Positions 10,135 through 21,346 of a DNA stretch of 64,000 bases are shown here, in pieces (position 1 is the first letter of the stretch; every line of letters starts with the position of its first letter). The notes under the pieces were generated by a model. It did not search any database. It saw only the letters and a list, made by a program, of their open reading frames with translations, and was not told where the DNA came from. The DNA is from Candidatus Poribacteria bacterium. GTDB taxonomy: Bacteria > Poribacteria > WGA-4E > PCPOR2b. The position numbers were made by a program, and so were the translations under genes. The stretch spans positions 704,001-768,000 of the forward strand of contig OZ220744.1 of the NCBI GenBank assembly GCA_965116925.1, read 5' to 3'.

Positions 10135-11166
10135 ATGAATTATAGACGTTTAGGAAGAACTGGGCTTAAGGTTTCAGAGGTCTGTCTGGGTACAATGACC
10201 TTTGGGGCAGCCGGCTGGGGTAACAATGAAGCCGAATCGGATGCGATTTTCAACTTCGCGTTGGATGCTGGCATTAATTTTTATGATGTCGCGAATTCTT
10301 ACGCCGAAGGTCAATCGGAGACCATCTTGGGACGTATCATGAAAGGGAAGCGAGACAAACTGATTATCGCTACCAAAGTGTTCAACCCGATGGGAACGGA
10401 CATCAACGACTCTGGAACCTCGCGGGTGCATATCATGAGATCGGTAGAAGACAGTCTGAGGCGCCTGCAGATCGATCATATCGATCTCTACCTCATCCAT
10501 CATGTCGATCGGGAGACACCGACCGAGGAACGTTTACGTGCCCTCGACGATCTCGTGCATCAAGGCAAGGTCCGATACATCGGTTGTAGCAACGAGTACG
10601 CTTGGCGGTTGTGTGATGCCCTATGGATTAGCGAGGTGAATAATTTAGCGCGCTATGAAGCCCTTCAACCCCAGTACAATTTGTTGACACGGGATATCGA
10701 AGAAGAGATCTTGCCGGTCTGTCGTGATAAGGGAGTCGGCGTGTATGTCTGGGGACCATTGGCGTCCGGATACTTAACCGGAAAGTATAAGGCAGGCGAG
10801 CCACCTCCCGCAGATTCGCGCTTTGCTCGAAGGACGGAATCTTCAATGGATCGGTATCTTGATCCACGGATACAGAAAATCTTAGAAGCGGTCCAAGATG
10901 TAGCAGAGGGGTTAGGAAAGAGCATGGCACAGGTGGCTTTGCGGTGGATTCTGGAACAGGAGGGAATAACTTCAGTCATCGTTGGATCGACGAAGGTGGA
11001 ACAACTCCGAGATAATGTTGGTTGTTCGGGTTGGAGTCTGCCCGCTGATGCGTTGGCAAGGTTAAACGAAGCTTCCGCCCCTCCAGTCCGTTATCCGGAT
11101 TCGATGGAGCTGAATATCCACGAGCGTCGAGCGGGTGCTGTGGATATGCCGACACTGGAAGCGTAA
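10135..11166 (+). CDS. Aldo/keto reductase
   Basis: LGRTGLKVSEVCLGTMTFG, D..Y..K catalytic residues, IDLYLIH, QPQYNLL. Confidence 0.95.
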   Translation: MNYRRLGRTGLKVSEVCLGTMTFGAAGWGNNEAESDAIFNFALDAGINFYDVANSYAEGQSETILGRIMKGKRDKLIIATKVFNPMGTDINDSGTSRVHIMRSVEDSLRRLQIDHIDLYLIHHVDRETPTEERLRALDDLVHQGKVRYIGCSNEYAWRLCDALWISEVNNLARYEALQPQYNLLTRDIEEEILPVCRDKGVGVYVWGPLASGYLTGKYKAGEPPPADSRFARRTESSMDRYLDPRIQKILEAVQDVAEGLGKSMAQVALRWILEQEGITSVIVGSTKVEQLRDNVGCSGWSLPADALARLNEASAPPVRYPDSMELNIHERRAGAVDMPTLEA

Positions 11167-12479
11167 TGCGTAATTCGTCACAAAGAGGTGAAATCGTGAG
11201 TGGGACAAATTATCAAGTGGGTGTCGCGAAAATTGATATCACACCAGATTTTCCGGTGCGCCTCAGCGGTTATGGTGGACGGCGAGACGAGGCTGATAGC
11301 GTTGAACAGCGGATCTGGGCGAAGGCGTTAGCGATTCGCAATGGAGCCGAAAGCCCTGCCCTATTAATGACAGTGGATAACTGCGGCGTGCCAGATTACG
11401 TCACCGAGGCGGTCGCTGCGGAATTAAATCGAGATTCAGGTATTCCTCGCGAACAATTTGTTATCTGTTCAACCCATACCCACAGTGCGCCGTACCTTTC
11501 AGGTGTACTACGGACGCTTTTCGGGGAGCCAGTTCCTCAAGCACATCAGGCGAACATTGACCGGTATACTCGCGAATTGACGGAGAAACTGAAGCAGGCA
11601 GCGAAGGCAGCACTCGCAGATCTCTGTCCCGCTTCTCTTTCTTGGGGTGAGGGAAGGGTTGGGTTCGCCGAGAACCGTCGGACGCAGGGAGGTCCCGTTG
11701 ACCACGCCCTGCCGATGCTTCGTGCCACAGGAACTGACGGCCAGCTGCGGGCAATTCTTACTAGTTACGCTTGCCACTGCACCACGTTAGGCGGGGATTT
11801 CAATGCTATTTGTGGGGACTGGGCAGGCTACGCAAGTGCCTACATCGAAGCAGATTATCCCGATGCAACTGCCTTGGTGGCAATCGGGTGTGCAGGAGAT
11901 GCAAACCCCGCACCACGTACCGGACTGAACTTCGCACGGCAACATGGTCACGCGATTGCCGCCGAAGTGAATCGGCTTCTTGGGACCGACCTTGCCACGA
12001 TACAGGGAAAACTCAGCGGACAGGTCAAACAGATCGATCTGCCTTTCGACAAACTACCCACTCGTCAAGAGTGGGAAGAACGGGTAGAGGGCGGCGGGGC
12101 AATCGGTTACCATGCTCAGATCCAACTCGATCGACTGGACCGCGGTGAAGTTCTCCCAACAACGCTCCCTTATCCTATCCAGATCTGGAATTTTGCGGAT
12201 GAACTCGCAGTCGTTTTTCTTCCCGGCGAAGTCGTGGTTGATTATTCGATTCGTCTTAAGCGTGAGTGCGATGTATCGCGTCTGTGGGTCAATGCGTACT
12301 GTAACGACGTGCCGTGTTACATTCCTTCGAGACGCATTTTGAGGGAGGGTGGCTACGAAGGCGAAGGGGCAATGATCTACTACGATCGCCCAACGCGCTT
12401 CGCACCAGCCGTAGAGGATATGATTGTCCGTACTGTCCATGAACTGCTACCGGAGACGTTTCGTGTGGACAGCCTTTGA
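11166..12479 (+). CDS. Neutral/alkaline ceramidase N-terminal domain family hydrolase
   Basis: GVAKIDITP, STHTHSAP, YACHCT, GCAGD, PGEV, EGGYEG; may start at GTG 11196. Confidence 0.8.
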   Translation: MRNSSQRGEIVSGTNYQVGVAKIDITPDFPVRLSGYGGRRDEADSVEQRIWAKALAIRNGAESPALLMTVDNCGVPDYVTEAVAAELNRDSGIPREQFVICSTHTHSAPYLSGVLRTLFGEPVPQAHQANIDRYTRELTEKLKQAAKAALADLCPASLSWGEGRVGFAENRRTQGGPVDHALPMLRATGTDGQLRAILTSYACHCTTLGGDFNAICGDWAGYASAYIEADYPDATALVAIGCAGDANPAPRTGLNFARQHGHAIAAEVNRLLGTDLATIQGKLSGQVKQIDLPFDKLPTRQEWEERVEGGGAIGYHAQIQLDRLDRGEVLPTTLPYPIQIWNFADELAVVFLPGEVVVDYSIRLKRECDVSRLWVNAYCNDVPCYIPSRRILREGGYEGEGAMIYYDRPTRFAPAVEDMIVRTVHELLPETFRVDSL

Positions 12480-12572
12480 TAGGTGGAATCAGAAAGGTTT
12501 GTGCTTCTACGTCTGCTTCCCGTACTGCGGGGCCTTGCGCCATACAGTTTTGGTATATGCCGACAGCGCTCA

Positions 12573-12920
12573 CTATCCTTGTAGTGCAGCGATAGCTTCG
12601 GCCTCGCTTTCAAAGCGTTCAAAGGTAGTAATTAGTCTTCCTATTACAAGAAGGTTGTTAATACTGTTACTGACGTTAATCACACCGATCCGTCCCTCTT
12701 TGCGTGCAACGGATACGTGCAATCCTATCAGCGTTCCAAGGCCGGAGCTATCCATCCGAGACACATCGGCAAAATCAAATAGAAATTTGGGAGATTCGGA
12801 AGCGGTTTCTAGTTGCCCTTCAATTACCTGTCTGAGTTCACCACCTGCAATACCCACGATTCTTCCACCTAGCCTCAGAATGATAACGCCATCTCTGTGT
12901 TCAACATTGACATCCATCAC
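12573..12920 (-). CDS. STAS-domain anti-sigma factor antagonist
   Basis: MDSSGLG phospho-Ser motif; AGGAG upstream of GTG/ATG. Confidence 0.9.
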   Translation of the reverse strand: MMDVNVEHRDGVIILRLGGRIVGIAGGELRQVIEGQLETASESPKFLFDFADVSRMDSSGLGTLIGLHVSVARKEGRIGVINVSNSINNLLVIGRLITTFERFESEAEAIAALQG

Positions 12921-13046
12921 TTCTTCTCCTGAAATATTATTCGGCAAAAAGCCGGTTGTTCTAGTAAAGTACAGATTCACTATTGTCTATCTGCGCTCAT
13001 TCTAAACGATATACCATTTTTTGTCAAGCCTACTTTTCTAAAATTG

Positions 13047-13326
13047 TAGGGGCATTTAATTCTCCCCTATTATTGTCTGAATTATGGATAGACGCGGATT
13101 AACCGATTAGAAAGATAAAAGATGCTATCGACAGTTGGCGTAAGAACGCGCAATGAATTGCGCTACTACAAACGGTGGGGAGACCAGATACCTCGCCTAC
13201 GGGTTTGGGTCAGCCCGAACGGTCAAAAAATGGAAAACTATAGTAGATTTTAGAATTAATGGGACACGCCAAACCGGGGGGGCGCAAGTGTTTCTTTATT
13301 TTTTGAATTCACTATAAATAGCCCTA
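13047..13326. mobile_element. MITE family K copy 1 (composite; REP cargo plus family A inside the right TIR)
   Basis: Ends TAGGGGCATTTA / TAAATAGCCCTA; exact 9-bp flanking duplication CTAAAATTG. Confidence 0.8.
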
Positions 13327-13449
13327 CTAAAATTGGTGAGGTACTTGACAAGATCGAGATTGAGCGTGACGAGATTCTCGTGCATTCAGAGAAAAGAATC
13401 AAAAAACGCGAGAGTTCGTTGATTTATCCAAATTTGTCAGGATCAAACC

Positions 13450-13479
13450 TTGACAAAGCCATCCCTTTGATGATACTAT
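13450..13479 (+). promoter_or_regulatory. Sigma70-type promoter of rplM-rpsI
   Basis: TTGACA (13450) with TGn-TACTAT extended -10. Confidence 0.6.
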
Positions 13480-13525
13480 TTCAGGCTGTCGTGCCTAGCT
13501 TTCGAGATAGGATAGCGCAAGGTGC

Positions 13526-13608
13526 TAGAGCAGGTTGACATTTCGCTGTAACAGATTCGAGCAACACAGTAATCACTGTGTAATTCCTCCAAATGTCAAC
13601 AGAACCGA
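13526..13608. mobile_element. Short family E MITE in the rplM leader
   Basis: TAGAGCAGGTTGACATTT...AAATGTCAACAGAACC matches the ends of 53363-53856. Confidence 0.6.
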
Positions 13609-13708
13609 CCTATTCTCCATTGGGAGATAGGTGGCAAATTGGATGAAGATAGTTGTCGAAAATCTCCCGCTGCGGTGGGAAGTTGTTGAAGGTAAAATTA
13701 TGTTATCA

Positions 13709-14134
13709 ATGAAAACATCTTTTGTGGGATCGGATACGGATATCAAATGGTGTGTTGTGGATGCGAATGGGAAGGTACTCGGACGTTTAGCCACTCAAAT
13801 TGCGATGGTCCTTCGGGGGAAACATCACCCCACTTTCACCCCACATGCCGATATGGGCTATCGTGTGGCTGTGATTAACGCAGAAAAAGTCATTGTCACG
13901 GGAAACAAAGCGACAGGCAAAACTTATTTTCGCTATAGCGGTTACCCCGGTGGGGCAAAAGTGAGAACTTTTGAAGAGCAGATGCAGATAAAACCGGAAG
14001 AAATCCTACGGCACGCTGTCAAAGGGATGCTCCCCAAAAATCGCTTGGGCCGCAAACTGATTAAAAAGCTAAAAATCTATGTGGGTCCAAACCACCCTCA
14101 CCAAGCACAGAGCCCGGAAGTGTTAGATGTGTAA
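13709..14134 (+). CDS. rplM: 50S ribosomal protein L13
   Basis: [30 protein letters not shown]; start ATG 13700 or 13709. Confidence 0.98.
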   Translation: MKTSFVGSDTDIKWCVVDANGKVLGRLATQIAMVLRGKHHPTFTPHADMGYRVAVINAEKVIVTGNKATGKTYFRYSGYPGGAKVRTFEEQMQIKPEEILRHAVKGMLPKNRLGRKLIKKLKIYVGPNHPHQAQSPEVLDV

Positions 14135-14151
14135 TTCTTAGAGGAGGAAGT

Positions 14152-14547
14152 ATGGCTGTAGAACAGTATTGGGGAACGGGTAGACGCAAAACATCTGTTG
14201 CGCGTGTGCGCGTGATTCCAGAAGGCTCAGGCCAATTCGTCGTTAATAAAAAACCGATTGAGGCCTATTTTGATCGGGATGATCTGATCCAGTTGGCTAA
14301 ACAACCGACGGAATTAACAAACAAAAGTAGCGCGTATGATGTATTTGTTAATGCACGAGGAGGCGGTATATCGGGCCAAGCCGGTGCTATTTTGCACGGT
14401 CTCGCGCGTGCGCTTGTTAAGGCAGACGAATCTCTGAAACCGGCTTTGAAGAAAGCCGGATTTCTTACCCGTGATTCCCGTATGGTTGAACGTAAAAAAT
14501 ATGGACAAAAAGGTGCGCGGGCACGGTTCCAATTTTCCAAGCGTTAA
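14152..14547 (+). CDS. rpsI: 30S ribosomal protein S9
   Basis: [34 protein letters not shown]-terminus. Confidence 0.99.
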   Translation: MAVEQYWGTGRRKTSVARVRVIPEGSGQFVVNKKPIEAYFDRDDLIQLAKQPTELTNKSSAYDVFVNARGGGISGQAGAILHGLARALVKADESLKPALKKAGFLTRDSRMVERKKYGQKGARARFQFSKR

Positions 14548-14577
14548 GAATCAGCCCGATTACGGATTGGGTTTTGA

Positions 14578-15891
<1,314 letters not shown>

Positions 15892-15924
15892 TTGTTCGAT
15901 GGGCAGACAATAGCCATTTTAAGG

Positions 15925-15954
15925 TTGACAATCTCTAAGCGCATTAGGTATTAT
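15925..15954 (+). promoter_or_regulatory. Promoter of the tRNA pair
   Basis: TTGACA-18 bp-TATTAT about 30 bp upstream of tRNA-Lys. Confidence 0.6.
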
Positions 15955-15985
15955 TTCTGCTCGTTTTTGCTAATAGATCCATCGA

Positions 15986-16058
15986 GGGCCGTTAGCTCAG
16001 TAGGTAGAGCATCTGACTTTTAATCAGGTGGTCACAGGTTCGATTCCTGTACGGCTCA
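15986..16058 (+). tRNA. tRNA-Lys(UUU), CCA not encoded
   Basis: Acceptor GGGCCGT/ACGGCTC, anticodon loop CTTTTAA, GTTCGA T-loop. Confidence 0.97.
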
Positions 16059-16064
16059 CTTGTT

Positions 16065-16139
<75 letters not shown>

Positions 16140-16145
16140 TTTTTT

Positions 16146-16182
16146 AGCCCTTTCCACATTCGATATGGAAAGGGCTTTTTTT
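16146..16182 (+). terminator. Rho-independent terminator of the tRNA operon
   Basis: AGCCCTTTCCA/TGGAAAGGGCT stem followed by a T run. Confidence 0.85.
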
Positions 16183-16184
16183 AT

Positions 16185-17585
16185 CGAAAAAACCTTTAGG
16201 TCTAAAACCCCAACATTTATGTTTGGGATACAGACGGCTTTAGCGGTTTTTCTTGAGCCTCTGTGCAAAATATGGTACAGTTGTCTTGTCTTTCGTGGGA
16301 GAATGCTACCCCTATCGCACGATAGGGTCTCCTACACTCCCGTAGCATAGGCATGAAAGCCAGAAAGACAGTCCCTGATGAAAACCTACAAGTTCAAGTT
16401 GTATAGTAATCACGGTAATCGTGAGTTGCACAAGACAATAGACGGTCATGCTGATGTGTGGAATCATTGCGTTGCGCTTCAGCGTCGGTACTACGCAATC
16501 TATAGCAAATATATCAGCAAGTTTAGACTGATAAATCACATCTCTAAGTTGAAACGATTGCCTCGGTTTACCCATTGGAATCAGTTGCCCAGCCAAGCGA
16601 TTCAAGACGTAGCATCACGAATCGACAAAGGCTACCGGGCAATGTTTGAAGCGAGGGCACAAGGCAAAGCGTGGGGTCGTCCTCGCTTCAAGCCCCGTCG
16701 TAAATACAAATCATTCACATTGCTTCAAGCGGGTTGGCAACTGTTACCGGGCAACCGTATCAAAATAGGTAAAGGTATCTATCAGTATTTCAAATCCCGT
16801 GACGTGCGTGGCAACCCCAAGCGTTGCACAATCAAACGGGACGCTATCGGTGATGTCTATATCTGTATCTTAACTGACTATGTAGAACCGGACTTAAATC
16901 GACTCACGACGGGTAAAATCGCGGGGTTTGATTTCGGTCTGAAAAGGTATCTTACCGGTCATAACGGACACGATATAGAATCGCCACAGTTTTTTAAGCG
17001 CAGTATCCATTCTATCAAACGTGCAAACCGCGCGCATTCACGGAAAAAGAAAAAATCAAAGAACCGTGAACGTGCACGGCTTGACTTGGCACGAAAACAC
17101 CGCAAGATTGAACGCCAACGGGCGGATTTCCATTGGAAGTTGGCACACCAACTGACAGATGAATACGACGAGATACGCCTTGAGGACTTGAACCTACAAG
17201 GCATGAAATCCCTCTGGGGGCGTAAGGTCAGTGACCTGGGCTTTGCCGATTTTGTCAAAAAGTTGGTGTATATCGCCTCGAAAAAAGGTGTCAAAATCAC
17301 CTTCATTGATAAGTGGTATCCTTCGAGTAAAACTTGCTCGGTCTGCGGTGCGGTCAATGAAGCGTTGAATCTGCGGGATAGAACTTGGCAGTGTAACGAT
17401 TGTGGCACGGTGCATGACCGAGACCGCAACGCTGCAATTAATATCTACCGGGTTGGGGCGTCAACCCATGAAGGAGAGGACATAAGACCCGATTCGTCGG
17501 GCAATCCTTGTTGATAGCACAATTCCACTCCTATTGGCAAGGGACTCGTAAGAATCCCAATCCTTTAGGTTTGGGAGTACGTCAA
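16185..17585 (+). mobile_element. IS200/IS605-family element carrying tnpB only (IS1341-like)
   Basis: Left end after TTTAT with hairpin CCCCAACATTTATGTTTGGG; right end GAAT-CCCAATCCTTTAGGTTTGGG...TCAA as in IS608; no tnpA. Confidence 0.85.
16378..17514 (+). CDS. tnpB: RNA-guided endonuclease TnpB
   Basis: KTYKFKLY; RuvC D (GFDFG), E (LEDLN), D (DRDRNAAINI); CSVC/CNDC zinc finger. Confidence 0.95.
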   Translation: MKTYKFKLYSNHGNRELHKTIDGHADVWNHCVALQRRYYAIYSKYISKFRLINHISKLKRLPRFTHWNQLPSQAIQDVASRIDKGYRAMFEARAQGKAWGRPRFKPRRKYKSFTLLQAGWQLLPGNRIKIGKGIYQYFKSRDVRGNPKRCTIKRDAIGDVYICILTDYVEPDLNRLTTGKIAGFDFGLKRYLTGHNGHDIESPQFFKRSIHSIKRANRAHSRKKKKSKNRERARLDLARKHRKIERQRADFHWKLAHQLTDEYDEIRLEDLNLQGMKSLWGRKVSDLGFADFVKKLVYIASKKGVKITFIDKWYPSSKTCSVCGAVNEALNLRDRTWQCNDCGTVHDRDRNAAINIYRVGASTHEGEDIRPDSSGNPC

Positions 17586-17620
17586 TTACACTCCGAAATA
17601 CTCACTGAATATCTGCCTAC

Positions 17621-19615
17621 CTATACCAACTCCTCAAAACCCAACTCGTGCGGAGATTCATAGAAAATGGGACGCATCTGCAGATTCGTCTGGATAGGCG
17701 TTGCTTCCAGATCGACAGGCAAATAAATCGAGAACGTTGTCCCGTGCCCTTCCTCGCTGTGGAGATCTATTCTGCCTCGATGGTCACGGATCGTTCGTTG
17801 GACAATGTTCAAACCAAAGCCGCTCCCGTGCTGTTTGAGCGTGTATCCGGGTTGGTAGAGTTGGTCACGCACTTCATAGGGGATGCCAACCCCTGTGTCG
17901 ATAAAGGAGATTTGGATCTGGGACGATTCTGGTAGGTAGGCAGTTTTGATCTGGAGAAAGCCACCGCCTTCCATCGCGTCAACAGCATTAATAATTAGAT
18001 TGTTAAATGCTTCCTTCAACTGGCTAGAGTCCCCTTTGACCGGGGGCAGGCGTGTATCGAAAATTTGCTGGCACTCAATGTCTTTAGCTTCAAAAATAGG
18101 CATCAAGTTTCGCAATAATGTATCAAGGATTCTGTTAATATCAGTTAGCCCAAAGACCGGTTCTTCCATACGTAACTGCTGTAAAAGTTCAACCATTTCG
18201 TTATAGCACCCCTCATGTTGCGTGAGGATCTGATTGAGGGTGGTGTGCAGCTTGGAATCCGGTTCCGCTTGACGAGATGCAGATCGCAGTTGTCCGCCGG
18301 TTGCACTAACCAAGTTTTTCAGGCGGTGCAGTTGGGAGTAGAGACTCTGATACGCTTCCGCTCGCGCAACATCCATCAATGAAAGCGTGAGGTGAAAAAT
18401 GATATGTGCAGCTGTCTGTGGTTCCGCCTCTAACCATGCTTGCAGATCTTTCAGGATTTCTTCATCCCGCTCGTAGAAGTAGAGTTTGGCAAGATTATGA
18501 TAAGGTGATTCATAATCCGGGTAACGTTGGATAACCTGCTTAAATTCTGCGGCAGCCTTATCAATCATGTTTTTTTGGAGATAGAGGAGGCCAAGATTAT
18601 TTTGCGCTTGCGGTGAGGGAGCATGTTCCAAGCCGGTTTTGTAGGCATAAATTGCGAGGTCTGCATCTTCTGGGCGGTCATCATACAGGCTTCCAAGAAC
18701 AAAGAACACCTGACCGAGCAGCTCAAAGGTCTGTAATTCATCGTCACGCTTGATTAGTTCGATAAATTGATCGATCGCCTGTTGACGACATTCTGGGCGC
18801 GTATACCGATGTTTCGCATAAAGCAATCCAAGTTCAAATCGAGCGTCCAAATGTTCAGGATCTCGTTCAATCGCGTACTGCAAGCAGTGGATCGCTCGAT
18901 CCACATCGCCATATAGATTTAAGTAAATTTCTGCTAGGTGATAGTGGGCATCTGGTTCCCGTGGCTCAACTTCAAGGATTCCTTCAAAAACCCGCTCTGC
19001 GTCTTCCCACTGTTGCCGTTTAATGTACAAGACCCCAAGGTTATGGCGTGCCGCATGAAACGCCGGCGCGCGGCTGACAACCTGCTTGAAGTCCTCGCAC
19101 GCTTTCTCAAGATCGCCTAGTTTCTCGTAAAGTAAACCCCGATTGTACCATGCTTCAATGTATGAGGAATCCAACTCGATTGCGCGAGTAAATTCGTGGA
19201 TTGCCTGCCCCCATGCCCCCTCAAGTTCCGTCCAATCTTCTAACAACTGCCCCAAAACATAATGGTAGTTTGCATTCTGTGGATTCAATTCAATTGCTTT
19301 TTGGAGTGCTTCTTGGGCAAGATCAAACTCACCTTCTTTATAATATGCGAAACCGAGACTGTGGTGGACCGCTGCACAGGCTGGATCAAACTCAAGTGCG
19401 CGTTTATAGGCATTGACTGCAAGGGAATACTGACGCTGGACAGGCTCTAAATACCAATTGCCAAGCGCGTATTGATCGCGCGCTTCCTTGGAGGTGGGCA
19501 AGGCAGATTCGGTAGTGGAAACGGGAGGGGCAGGCTCTCCGCTGGCAGCGGGTGAAGTATCGTGAAGTTCATGTCCCTGGAAGTGTGATTTCACGGTGGG
19601 CTTTGCGTTGGACAT
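17621..19615 (-). CDS. TPR-repeat histidine kinase (soluble)
   Basis: About 10 TPR units; H-box-like HRLKNL; NLIINAVDA, DTGVGI, GSGFGL, GTTF HATPase boxes. Confidence 0.85.
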   Translation of the reverse strand: MSNAKPTVKSHFQGHELHDTSPAASGEPAPPVSTTESALPTSKEARDQYALGNWYLEPVQRQYSLAVNAYKRALEFDPACAAVHHSLGFAYYKEGEFDLAQEALQKAIELNPQNANYHYVLGQLLEDWTELEGAWGQAIHEFTRAIELDSSYIEAWYNRGLLYEKLGDLEKACEDFKQVVSRAPAFHAARHNLGVLYIKRQQWEDAERVFEGILEVEPREPDAHYHLAEIYLNLYGDVDRAIHCLQYAIERDPEHLDARFELGLLYAKHRYTRPECRQQAIDQFIELIKRDDELQTFELLGQVFFVLGSLYDDRPEDADLAIYAYKTGLEHAPSPQAQNNLGLLYLQKNMIDKAAAEFKQVIQRYPDYESPYHNLAKLYFYERDEEILKDLQAWLEAEPQTAAHIIFHLTLSLMDVARAEAYQSLYSQLHRLKNLVSATGGQLRSASRQAEPDSKLHTTLNQILTQHEGCYNEMVELLQQLRMEEPVFGLTDINRILDTLLRNLMPIFEAKDIECQQIFDTRLPPVKGDSSQLKEAFNNLIINAVDAMEGGGFLQIKTAYLPESSQIQISFIDTGVGIPYEVRDQLYQPGYTLKQHGSGFGLNIVQRTIRDHRGRIDLHSEEGHGTTFSIYLPVDLEATPIQTNLQMRPIFYESPHELGFEELV

Positions 19616-19634
19616 GGGGCATCACCTTGGCGGC

Positions 19635-21254
19635 CTATATCAGCATTTCATCCCCAATTGGGAAAAACTGATCTGCAATCCGCTGCAGATCCATCGATGT
19701 ATTATGTTCAAAAGCTGCAACCTCGATGCGCTTTCCGTGCTGTTTAATCAGTTCCGCAAGCGCACAGAAATCGCCATCCCCGCTTGCCAAAATCACAATA
19801 TCGAGTGCATCAAGCATCGACACTATATCGATGGCAATTCCGACATCCCAGTCTCCCTTAGCGGATCCATCGCCGCGCATCCGCAGGTCCTTACTCTTGA
19901 TCGTGTAGCCGTTATGTTCAAGAAGCGATAAAAATCCAGCCTGATTAATTTCGGGGATTTGGACAACATAAGCGTAAGCGGCGACCAGATTCCGAGGGCC
20001 AACGATGAGATCTAGTAGCTTAATATAGTCAAGCCGTCTCGCGTAGCGATCTTTTGCAGCATAGAACATATTCTGGACATCAACAAAAACGCCAACGCGT
20101 GGCTGCTCTGCCAGCATACGGTTTGCGCTTGCAGTGCTGCGCTGTCCTGAGAGACTTGTAATTTTTTGGCGCGCCCTTGTGATGACGGTCTTGTATTCCT
20201 CGTTGACCCCCCGCAGATAGGAGAATTGAGAATAGAAATTGGATTGTATCTGTTCAAGCACTTGCTGTGAATGATATGCCATCTCCTCAACCGATTTCAA
20301 TTCCACTGTTATCTTTTCCTTCTGTGCTTGCAGTTCGTGAAATTCACAAAGTTGGTTTGAAAACTTTTCCACATCCCGTTTGAGACCTATATTCTCACGG
20401 TTGAGTTGATCAATACGCAATTCGCTTTCCGCATACAATTCCTCTCTATTTTGTAAAACTTTGTTTTCTTCGACCAATGTTGTTATTTTCTCTTTGAGCC
20501 TGTCATTTTCATTTTGTAGAACCGTATATCCATTTTTCAGTTCAGAAAGCGCACTATAAAGTTTGTTAATCTGCTGCTGGTTTTGCTTTAGCTCATCGCT
20601 TAGGCGGGATTGCCGTTCTGTATCTAAATCTGTTTCAGAAATAGGTGTAATTTTAAGATACTCAGGGTCATTGGCAGGCAAAGCGGTAGAGGACTCAGTG
20701 GATTCAGAAATTGGTTCTTCATCATGAGTACGATTTAGCGAGGTGCTCTGGTTTGTCGTGTCTGATTCCGATCGTGCTGCCTCCTGTGCAGCATCCACTG
20801 GTGAAGTGTAGTTTCTATCCTCAGGCGGAGGAGGAGAAGGAGGAACAGATTGTTCATGGTCGGCAAGCAGCCTGTGACCGTGCTTCTGTACATCTTCGCG
20901 CGAATCAACCAACAGTGCCCATAAAATCTCGCCTAACTCACCTTCTGCGCGAAGTTGTTCCGCGCTTCTCAAGAAGATCCGAATTTCCTTTACCTCCATG
21001 AATTGGACTCGACGAGCGGCTTGTTCTGCCTTTTTTGCTAAGTGTTGACTCACGATGTCTTCGGTCAGAGCGCGGTTAAAAAAACATGCTGCTAAATCGT
21101 AGGCAATCCAATCTTTACGAATCCTAGTCCTGTGTTGGCTGTCGTGTAGGAGACCGCACTGATTCGCCATCGTGATAATTTCTTCCTCACCAAAACAATC
21201 GGTGATGATCCAAGCTAGTTGGTGGGTAGCAATGTGTGTTTTTGCTGGAACCAT
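19635..21254 (-). CDS. NYN (LabA/DUF88) nuclease domain fused to a long coiled coil and an N-terminal helical domain
   Basis: VFVDVQN, KGDWDV, SGDGDF acidic motifs; heptad-rich central region. Confidence 0.85.
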   Translation of the reverse strand: MVPAKTHIATHQLAWIITDCFGEEEIITMANQCGLLHDSQHRTRIRKDWIAYDLAACFFNRALTEDIVSQHLAKKAEQAARRVQFMEVKEIRIFLRSAEQLRAEGELGEILWALLVDSREDVQKHGHRLLADHEQSVPPSPPPPEDRNYTSPVDAAQEAARSESDTTNQSTSLNRTHDEEPISESTESSTALPANDPEYLKITPISETDLDTERQSRLSDELKQNQQQINKLYSALSELKNGYTVLQNENDRLKEKITTLVEENKVLQNREELYAESELRIDQLNRENIGLKRDVEKFSNQLCEFHELQAQKEKITVELKSVEEMAYHSQQVLEQIQSNFYSQFSYLRGVNEEYKTVITRARQKITSLSGQRSTASANRMLAEQPRVGVFVDVQNMFYAAKDRYARRLDYIKLLDLIVGPRNLVAAYAYVVQIPEINQAGFLSLLEHNGYTIKSKDLRMRGDGSAKGDWDVGIAIDIVSMLDALDIVILASGDGDFCALAELIKQHGKRIEVAAFEHNTSMDLQRIADQFFPIGDEMLI

Positions 21255-21293
21255 GGTAAATCTCCCGAATCGTATTATATCTTTCTATCGGTT

Positions 21294-21346
21294 TTGACGT
21301 ACTCCCAAACCTAAAGGATTGGGATTTAGACCTAAAGGGTTTTTCG
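21294..21346 (-). mobile_element. 53-bp solo-hairpin derivative of the IS200/IS605 element
   Basis: Reverse complement CGAAAAACCCTTTAGGTCTAAAT-CCCAATCCTTTAGGTTTGGG-AGTACGTCAA joins the left and right tips of 16185-17585. Confidence 0.85.

Noticed and set aside
16185..16377. tnpA in the IS element
   Set aside because: Under 200 bp is available and no HUH motif ORF is present.
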